From assembly GCA_049451635.1 (NCBI GenBank), contig JBMTVT010000001.1, positions 9,644-73,643 of the forward strand: a stretch of 64,000 nt of DNA, read 5' to 3'. How positions within the stretch are numbered: position 1 is the stretch's first letter; every line of letters begins with the position of its first letter. This DNA comes from Tamlana sp. (GTDB lineage Bacteria; Bacteroidota; Bacteroidia; Flavobacteriales; Flavobacteriaceae). The notes beneath the pieces are model-generated. The model had not been told where the DNA came from and made no database searches. It saw nothing but the letters and a program-made list of their open reading frames with translations. The position numbers and the translations under genes are program-made. This document shows positions 41,415 through 50,382 of this stretch, in pieces.

Positions 41415-42044
41415 ATGAAAAATGAGCTGAAAATATTGGTCGATAAAGGTGAAATACTACCTTTAATGGAGGAATTTTATACCATTCAGGGCGAAGGTTA
41501 CCACAAAGGAACGGCAGCATATTTTATACGCATTGGCGGGTGTGATGTGGGATGTCATTGGTGTGATGTAAAAGAGAGTTGGAATGCTAATTTGCATCCG
41601 CCAACCGAAGTATCTAAAATAGTAGAAAATGCCAAAAAATATAGCGATACTATTGTAATTACTGGCGGCGAGCCTTTAATGTGGGATATGTTGCCATTAA
41701 CTTCGCAACTTAAAGCAGTAGGCTTAAACATACACATTGAAACCTCTGGTGCATATAAATTAACTGGAGTGTGGGATTGGATTTGTTTGTCGCCAAAAAA
41801 AATGAAATTGCCTACTAAAGAGGTTTATGAAAAGGCAGACGAACTAAAAGTAATTGTTTACAATAAAGATGATTTTCGCTTTGCGGAAGAACAAGCGTCT
41901 AAAGTTCATAAAAACTGCATTTTATACTTACAACCTGAGTGGAGTAAACGCGATAAAGTAATTCCGGATATTGTGGATTATGTGATGAAGAACCCAAAAT
42001 GGAAAGTATCGCTTCAAACACATAAATACTTAAACATACCATAA
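41415..42044 (+). CDS. queE: 7-carboxy-7-deazaguanine synthase (radical SAM)
   Basis: Start moved to the ATG at 41415 (MKNELK...). Contains GGCDVGCHWCD cluster motif; about 209 aa. Confidence 0.8.
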   Translation: MKNELKILVDKGEILPLMEEFYTIQGEGYHKGTAAYFIRIGGCDVGCHWCDVKESWNANLHPPTEVSKIVENAKKYSDTIVITGGEPLMWDMLPLTSQLKAVGLNIHIETSGAYKLTGVWDWICLSPKKMKLPTKEVYEKADELKVIVYNKDDFRFAEEQASKVHKNCILYLQPEWSKRDKVIPDIVDYVMKNPKWKVSLQTHKYLNIP

Positions 42045-42052
42045 TATTAAAC

Positions 42053-42138
42053 CATTATTGCGAGTGTAACGAAGCAATCTGTTTAATCTTGATACCATTA
42101 AAAAGATTACTTCGAAATTAAAATTTCTCGCAATGACG
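42053..42138. repeat. REP/MITE-like imperfect palindromic element, copy 1
   Basis: Arms attgcgagtgtaacgaagcaatct and agattacttcg…ctcgcaatgacg. Matches the reverse complement of 62598-62675. Confidence 0.7.
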
Positions 42139-42581
42139 ATTTCAATATTTTTTGGATGATTACTTTACTGGAACTGCCACTCTTGTAGTGCCCCAAGCCA
42201 AATACATGTTGCCATCAGCAAATGCTATTGAGAATGCTTCAACTGCTCCACCAAGACTTACAGGTGCTGTAACACGTAAAACATCATTAGCTTTTTTATA
42301 CCCAAAAGCGCCCCAAACATCTAAATCGTAGTCCCGATGAGATTAACATTATTAGCACTGTTTTGTCCATTTTGTTAATTATTTCTGTTTTTTATTTTCC
42401 TAGTTTATTCTTTTTAAAATTTGAGTTAGTACGACTTTTCTTCACTCATTGTTGTGAATTTGTTTTTGCATTAAAGCTAACTCGTTATATCCCAACTTTT
42501 ATTTCTTTTATGCAGAAAATAAAAGGAATAAACCAAGTTTTGGCTTGTTTTATTCTATAAATACACCTATATTTTGCTATG

Positions 42582-42613
42582 AAAAAATCCTGACAAAAAT
42601 TGTCAGGATTTTT
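42582..42613. terminator. Bidirectional intrinsic terminator (ends the gat-aspS operon on the minus strand)
   Basis: aaaaatcctgaca / tgtcaggattttt, with A/T runs on both sides. Confidence 0.8.
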
Positions 42614-42663
42614 ATTTAGTTCTCGATACATCATGCTATAGCGTGACACTCGAACTGATATAA

Positions 42664-45600
42664 TTATTTATTTCGCATCACCTTTACATTCATCTCTTCC
42701 ACTTTTTTGTCAGATAACATGGAAGGTGCGCCAAACAATAAATCGTCACTGGTGCCTGTTTTTGGAAATGCCATAACCTCACGAATAGAAGCTTTTTTTT
42801 CTAAAATCATCATCAGCCTATCAACTCCCCAAGCAATACCACCGTGCGGTGGTGCGCCGTAATGGAACGCTTTATACATGGTACCTACACTTTTCATCAT
42901 CTCTTCTTTGTTGTAGCCCATATTTCTGTAAGTAGCTTCTAAAATTTCAGGTTTGTGCGCCCGTACCGAACCGCCACCAATTTCGTAACCATTCAAAATC
43001 AAATCGTATTGTTGCGCGATAATGGTACCTATTTCAGCATCTTTACCGTTCATGTGTTTTTCAATATCATACACTGCAGGCATTGAGAAGGGGTTATGGG
43101 TAAATGTCCAACGGCCGTCATCAGTTTTTTCAAACATCGGGAAATCTATTACCCAAGCAGGACGTAATTCTTTCGGGTTTATTAAACGCAACATACTGCC
43201 CAATTCCTGTCTAACTGCATCCAATGCTTTATTGGCAGTAGCATAGTCGGCAGCTGAAAAGAAAACAATATCACCAACTTGTGCATTGGTGGTTTTAATG
43301 ATTCCAGCAGCAATATCTTCACCTAAAAATTTAATAATGGGCGACTGCAAATTGTTTTCATTTACAATAATATATGCTAAACCACCCAAACCATGCTGTT
43401 GTGCAATGGCCGTTAATTTTTCAATTTGCCCTTTAGATAAGCGCTTTTTACCTTGTTCTTTAGCCGATACCTTGATGCATTTAACAATACCACCTTCTTC
43501 AATGGGTTTGCTAAACACTTGAAAGGTTGTTTCCTTAACAATATCTGTAATATCTTGAAGCTGTAAACCAAAGCGTAAATCGGGTCGGTCGCAACCGTAT
43601 TTATCCATGGCGTCTTGATAGGTAATCACTTCAAAAGGATGTAAAATCCATTTATTGCCATAAATTTTTGTAACCACTTCATTAAACATTTTGGTGTTTA
43701 AGTCCATAATTTGTTGCATGCTGGCGTATGCCATTTCTAAATCCAATTGCGTGAATTCAGGTTGTCGGTCACCTCGGGAGTCTTCATCCCTAAAACAACG
43801 TGCTATCTGGAAATATTTCTCGTAACCACTTACCATCAACATTTGTTTAAATTGCTGAGGTGCTTGTGGTAGTGTGTAAAAAGCACCGGCTTGTTTTCGA
43901 GATGGGACTATAAATTCGCGAGCGCCCTCATCGGTTCCAGCACTTAAAATGGGAGTTTCAATTTCAAGGAAATCTTCTTCATCTAAAATATCTCGAAGCA
44001 GTTTAATTACTTTATGGCGATTCACAATGGTTCTGCGAACATCATCATTTCTGTGGTCTAAAAACTTGTATTGAAAACGTGTGTTTTCATTGGTTTTTGT
44101 GGCTCGTTTTATTTCAAAAGGCAGTGTTCTAGATAGGTTTAAAATATCCAATTCATTAGCTTCCAATTCAATTTTCCCAGTTCGCAAGCTCGGGTTGTAA
44201 TCGTCTTCTTTACGTTGTAGAATGGTTCCAGAAACCGTAATAACCGATTCTGGTTTTAGTTTTACCAACTCATCAAGATTTGGAAATGATTCCCTGCTTA
44301 AACGCACTTGGAATTTCTCGGTACTGGAATCTCGTAAATCGATAAAAATGAGTTCCCCATGGTCGCGAACACTGGCAACCCAACCAGCAAAAGTTACCAC
44401 CTGAGAAATACTATCATCTGAAATATCAGTAATCAAATGCGTGCGGTATTTATCTTTTATAATTAGTGGGATTTCAGGAAGTTTTTCTTCTTCTTTAGCT
44501 TCTGGCTTTTGGCTTTTGATTTTTGGCTTTTCATCACTTACAATTTCCGACTTCTGTCTTTCCACATCTCCAGCCAGCGAAGCTAAAATACCCTCTCGAA
44601 TGACTTTTCCTGAAGCGCCTTTACCAATAATGGCAATTACTTTTCCAACTAAGATACCCGCCTTTCCTTGATTACCAGCTTTAATATCGTTTGCAATAGC
44701 TTCATTTTCAGTAATTACTTTGCTTATGGCATCATATATTTTGTCTTCGGAAATCGTGTGCGCTTCAAAATACTTATTATAATCAAAATGTCTGTCTTTT
44801 AAATAATTTGTGATAGCATTTTGTACTAAAACCGACGTGATTTTCTCTTCTTTAAAAAGCTGAAAAATTTCAATTAAATGCTCTATACGGTGAATATCGC
44901 CATAGTCTTCTGTACTAATATTGTTGACTAATGTTTTTGTAACAAACGACGGGTCTTTAAGCACATCGTTTATTTGCATAAATGTTTTGGAGCGTAGTGC
45001 GTCTGCCGTAAAAAACTTAGCATCTTGAGGTAACACACCACCTTTAATTATTATGGACTCTACGGCAAAAGGTAATGCGCTTATATCAACGTCAATTGAT
45101 TCTACAACATCTTTAATGCAAACAAAAGGTAAATCGGGTTCAGATATAAAACGGTAATCGGCTTCATATTCCTTTTTGCGCATGGTTTTGGTTTGCTTCA
45201 AATCGGCATCCCATAGGACGGTGGTTTGGTCTGGTCTAAACTCCTTGTGTTCCAGGTAGTAGTTGAGTTGTTTTTCTACTTCTTCCTTTAGGGCATCTAC
45301 CATGAACTTAAACGAGTTTAAGTTTTTTATTTCAGTACGTGGGTTTAAATTGTAACTGTGTTTTTTACGAAGTGATACCGAAACATCCGATTTAAACTCA
45401 CCCTTTTCAAGATTGGCTTCAGAAATTTTTAAATTTTGAACAATACGCTGAATGTATTGCGCATAAGTTGACGCATCTTCAATATGACGAATGCAAGGTG
45501 TGGTAACAATCTCAATAAGAGGTACGCCTGCTTTATTAAAATCTACCAACGACACTTGTTTTTCATGTATTAATTTAGCAGCATCTTCTTCAATATGAAC

Positions 45601-46002
45601 TTGCGACAAATTAACGGTAAACTGAGACCCATCATTTCTAAAACAAGACACTTGCCCATCAGGAATTATGGGGTTGTGAAACTGAGTAATTTGTATATTT
45701 TTTGGGTTATCGGGGTATTCATAATGTTTTCTGTCCCAAGAAATAACCTCATTTTCAAAAGTAGATTTTACAGCTTTACCAAAATAAATAGCTTTCTTAA
45801 TAACTTCTTTATTTATTGCCGGGAGCACACCCATTTGTCCAGTACAAACCGAACAAATATTTTGATTTGGGATATCAACTTCTTCATTGGGGCAAGAACA
45901 AAATAATTTGGTCTTTGTGTTTAACCGAACATGCGTTTCCAGCCCGATTACCAATTCTAACTCGTGTGCTTTTAATGCAGCATCTAATTCTTTCAATTCC
46001 AT
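42664..46002 (-). CDS. gatB-aspS: Fusion protein: Asp-tRNA(Asn)/Glu-tRNA(Gln) amidotransferase subunit B (aa 1-~478), K/E-rich linker, then bacterial-type aspartyl-tRNA synthetase (aa ~518-1112)
   Basis: Uninterrupted 1112-aa ORF. GatB motifs: VIGLETHVRLNTKTKLFCSC, DRKHYEYPDNPKNIQITQ, VHIEEDAAKL, VDFNKAGVPLIEIVT. AspRS motifs: FLEIETPIL, FRDEDSRGDRQPEFTQLDLE, GAD-type insertion, GGIAWGVDRLMMIL. Confidence 0.88.
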   Translation of the reverse strand: MELKELDAALKAHELELVIGLETHVRLNTKTKLFCSCPNEEVDIPNQNICSVCTGQMGVLPAINKEVIKKAIYFGKAVKSTFENEVISWDRKHYEYPDNPKNIQITQFHNPIIPDGQVSCFRNDGSQFTVNLSQVHIEEDAAKLIHEKQVSLVDFNKAGVPLIEIVTTPCIRHIEDASTYAQYIQRIVQNLKISEANLEKGEFKSDVSVSLRKKHSYNLNPRTEIKNLNSFKFMVDALKEEVEKQLNYYLEHKEFRPDQTTVLWDADLKQTKTMRKKEYEADYRFISEPDLPFVCIKDVVESIDVDISALPFAVESIIIKGGVLPQDAKFFTADALRSKTFMQINDVLKDPSFVTKTLVNNISTEDYGDIHRIEHLIEIFQLFKEEKITSVLVQNAITNYLKDRHFDYNKYFEAHTISEDKIYDAISKVITENEAIANDIKAGNQGKAGILVGKVIAIIGKGASGKVIREGILASLAGDVERQKSEIVSDEKPKIKSQKPEAKEEEKLPEIPLIIKDKYRTHLITDISDDSISQVVTFAGWVASVRDHGELIFIDLRDSSTEKFQVRLSRESFPNLDELVKLKPESVITVSGTILQRKEDDYNPSLRTGKIELEANELDILNLSRTLPFEIKRATKTNENTRFQYKFLDHRNDDVRRTIVNRHKVIKLLRDILDEEDFLEIETPILSAGTDEGAREFIVPSRKQAGAFYTLPQAPQQFKQMLMVSGYEKYFQIARCFRDEDSRGDRQPEFTQLDLEMAYASMQQIMDLNTKMFNEVVTKIYGNKWILHPFEVITYQDAMDKYGCDRPDLRFGLQLQDITDIVKETTFQVFSKPIEEGGIVKCIKVSAKEQGKKRLSKGQIEKLTAIAQQHGLGGLAYIIVNENNLQSPIIKFLGEDIAAGIIKTTNAQVGDIVFFSAADYATANKALDAVRQELGSMLRLINPKELRPAWVIDFPMFEKTDDGRWTFTHNPFSMPAVYDIEKHMNGKDAEIGTIIAQQYDLILNGYEIGGGSVRAHKPEILEATYRNMGYNKEEMMKSVGTMYKAFHYGAPPHGGIAWGVDRLMMILEKKASIREVMAFPKTGTSDDLLFGAPSMLSDKKVEEMNVKVMRNK

Positions 46003-47402
46003 TATATCACATCTTTTAAGAAGTTAGCAAATTTTAAAACGAGTTCGTCATTGTTTTTTGCAGCAGTAATCTGCAAACCTGTTTCGGTGCCTTGCGGAAT
46101 GGTTAATGTTGGTAATTGCCCAAGGCTAAAACCAACCGTATAGGCGTCACTTAAATACATGGCGTGTGGGTCTTTTAAACTATCTCCAATTTTTGGAGGT
46201 GAGCTAGGTGTAACAGGCGATAAAATAACATCTACCTCTTTGAAGTCTTGCTCAAAGTTTTGGGAAATAGCATCACGTAGCGCTAATCCTTTTAAATAAA
46301 TTTCGTCTGAAAACCCTTGTGATAATACTTGGTTGCCTCCAACAATACGTCGTTTGGTTTCTTCTGAGAAATTTTCAGAACGGGTAATGGCGTAAGATTC
46401 TTTAAGGTTTTTATCATCAATGCGATTACCGTAATTAGAACCATCTAAACGGGATAGGTTAGAAGCTGTTTCTGCCATGGCTAAGGTATAATACGTAGAA
46501 ACTAAAGTGTTTGAATCAAAAAAATCCAAAGACTTAACTTTAATGCCTTTAGTTTTTATTTTTTCAATGGATGCTAAAAAGTCAGCTTTAATTTTAGGGT
46601 CAATCGCGTCACTTTCAATGAAGTTTTTAAAGTAGCCAACGGTTTTTATGCCTTCTAAATTTTTAATGGTATCAACATCAATTTCTACGGAAGCGTAAGT
46701 GGTTTGATCTTTTACATCTTTACCGCTCATTATGTTCAGAACTATACGGATATCCTCAATAGATTTTGCAATAGGGCCAACACAATCTGTAGATGATGCA
46801 TAAGCCATTAAACCAAAGCGTGAAATACGTCCATAAGTGGGTTTTAAACCATACACATGATTATAACCAGCTGGTTGACGTACCGAACCACCAGTATCGC
46901 CTCCAATTGAAAAAACCGTATAATCTAAAGCTACATTAACCGCAGAGCCACCACTGGAACCACCACCTACCAAATTTGGGTTTATGGCATTTTTTACGGC
47001 ACCAAAAATGGTGTTTTCGCTAGATGACCCATGCCCAAAACTATCGCAGTTTTCTTTTACAATAGGAATAGCACCAGCATCGAGTAGTTTTTGAATAGCG
47101 GTAGCTGTATAAGCCGATTTGTAGTATTTTAATAGGTTGGAACTCGCCGTTGTGCAAGTGCCTTGAAGCATGTACACGTCTTTAATGCCAAAAGGAATGC
47201 CTTCCAATAAGCCAATGGTTTCGCCATTAGCTATTTTAGCATCCACTTTAGCAGCTAGGTCAAAAGCTAAAGAATCTAATAAACTGTTAACCGTGTTGTG
47301 CGTGTTTTGTTTTAGTAAGTTGAGTTTTTCCTGTATCAGGTCCTTACAAGATATATCCTTGTTCACCAATTGCTGATGAATTTTATGTATTTGAGATTCC
47401 AT
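46002..47402 (-). CDS. gatA: Amidotransferase subunit A (amidase signature family)
   Basis: 466 aa, ...GIPFGIKDV..., GGSSGGSA, GGDTGGSVRQPA. Its stop overlaps the fusion ORF start (TAATG). Confidence 0.88.
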   Translation of the reverse strand: MESQIHKIHQQLVNKDISCKDLIQEKLNLLKQNTHNTVNSLLDSLAFDLAAKVDAKIANGETIGLLEGIPFGIKDVYMLQGTCTTASSNLLKYYKSAYTATAIQKLLDAGAIPIVKENCDSFGHGSSSENTIFGAVKNAINPNLVGGGSSGGSAVNVALDYTVFSIGGDTGGSVRQPAGYNHVYGLKPTYGRISRFGLMAYASSTDCVGPIAKSIEDIRIVLNIMSGKDVKDQTTYASVEIDVDTIKNLEGIKTVGYFKNFIESDAIDPKIKADFLASIEKIKTKGIKVKSLDFFDSNTLVSTYYTLAMAETASNLSRLDGSNYGNRIDDKNLKESYAITRSENFSEETKRRIVGGNQVLSQGFSDEIYLKGLALRDAISQNFEQDFKEVDVILSPVTPSSPPKIGDSLKDPHAMYLSDAYTVGFSLGQLPTLTIPQGTETGLQITAAKNNDELVLKFANFLKDVI

Positions 47403-47404
47403 AA

Positions 47405-47674
47405 TTATTCTTCTATAATTTTAGAAACCACCAAATATCCGTTTTTCTCTTTTGGGAAATTCTCAATAATGATTTGTTTTTCCAGATCAGAACTTTCAAT
47501 CACTAAATCATCTCTCAAATTTTCTAAAGACACACAATTATTATGTTTGGTATTAAAGGAGTTGTTGTTTGTTGGTTGTGCATTTTTAATTACATCAAAC
47601 AATTTGTTAACCGCTTCACTTGGTTGTGCTCCTTTAATACTCGACAAAATATCGACCGTCATAATTTTACTCAT
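47405..47674 (-). CDS. gatC: GatC-like amidotransferase subunit C (divergent N-terminal half)
   Basis: 89 aa. The C-terminal half …LENLRDDLVIESS…ENFPKEKNGYLVVSKIIEE matches the GatC LReD…aP…g.f.VPkvie pattern. Sits 2 nt upstream of gatA. Confidence 0.6.
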   Translation of the reverse strand: MSKIMTVDILSSIKGAQPSEAVNKLFDVIKNAQPTNNNSFNTKHNNCVSLENLRDDLVIESSDLEKQIIIENFPKEKNGYLVVSKIIEE

Positions 47675-47691
47675 GTCTAAAATTTTAAATT

Positions 47692-47720
47692 AAAAAAGCC
47701 TTCCGGTTTCGGAAGGCTTC
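47692..47720 (-). terminator. Intrinsic terminator 17 nt UPSTREAM of gatC on the same strand (attenuator terminator)
   Basis: Minus strand reads aagccttccg-aaac-cggaaggctt followed by tttt: a 10-bp stem with a U-tract of 6 including the last 2 stem positions. Confidence 0.75.
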
Positions 47721-47749
47721 AAATATTTTCAAACAATAACCTTCCTGTC

Positions 47750-47797
47750 CTAAAAATTAGGATTATTGAAATTATTATTGTTATTGTTGTTTACCAT
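47750..47797 (-). CDS. Asn-rich leader peptide MVNNNNNNNFNNPNF (15 codons, 10 Asn)
   Basis: Hand translation of the minus strand: ATG GTA AAC AAC AAT AAC AAT AAT AAT TTC AAT AAT CCT AAT TTT TAG. The stop lies 4 nt before the candidate antiterminator segment GGAAGGUU. Confidence 0.6.
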   Translation of the reverse strand: MVNNNNNNNFNNPNF

Positions 47798-47813
47798 TGT
47801 ATTATTTGAAGGT

Positions 47814-47821
47814 CAAATATA
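47814..47821 (-). promoter_or_regulatory. Candidate -7 box TAtaTTTG for the leader/gat operon transcript
   Basis: Minus strand reads tatatttg, 16 nt upstream of the leader ATG. Confidence 0.35.
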
Positions 47822-48188
47822 TACAGAATAAATATATTAAGCACTATTTTTTCTAATATCGTAATATGTATTATCAAATTAATAAAAAACCTAAAGTTAA
47901 TTTGAAAGTTCAAAAATCTTTTTGTTGAATCACTTGTTTTAATGTATTATCAAAGATCAAAATTGTTATTTGAAACTTAAGATTTTCAATAGAAATAAAA
48001 TTTTAAAACAACAAAAAATCCATTTTAAGAAACTTTTGTTTTTTTTAAATTTTTCAAAAGGTAAAAAGTATCTTAAATCAATTTTAAGACACTTTTTAGG
48101 CGATTTAAGACACTTTTAAATAATTAACAAATGTTGATAATTTTATTTGTGAGCCTATAAAAAGCTTTTTAATAGGGTTATATTTTCG

Positions 48189-48196
48189 TATATTTG
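48189..48196 (+). promoter_or_regulatory. Candidate -7 box TAtaTTTG upstream of gyrB
   Basis: Consensus match, about 80 nt before the gyrB ATG. Confidence 0.3.
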
Positions 48197-48206
48197 TTTG
48201 TATTGA

Positions 48207-50225
<2,019 letters not shown>

Positions 50226-50248
50226 ATAGGTGTCAAAACCAATATTTC

Positions 50249-50286
50249 AATAACCCTAAACCATATGGTCTAGGGTTATTTTTTTG
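50249..50286 (+). terminator. Intrinsic terminator after gyrB
   Basis: Near-perfect palindrome aataaccctaaaccat/atggtctagggttatt followed by a T-run. Confidence 0.8.
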
Positions 50287-50382
50287 TTCTATTTACCGAT
50301 TAAATACAATTTTATACGATAAAGTGTTATTTTATGTATTTTTTTTCTTATGTTTGTCAAACCAAATTGAAATTAACAACTT

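Noticed and set aside
42160-42342. Minus-strand open frame …SHRDYDLDVWGAFGYKKANDVLRVTAPVSLGGAVEAFSIAFADGNMYLAWGTTRVAVPVK* that could be the 3' remnant of a beta-rich (porin-like?) gene
   Set aside because: It has no start codon, is only ~60 codons long, and belongs to no recognisable family. I cannot distinguish it from a chance open frame without a homology search.
42363-42560. 65-aa plus-strand ORF between queE and the gat-aspS terminator
   Set aside because: Phe/Leu-rich translation of AT-rich spacer with no start context or motif. Likely non-coding.
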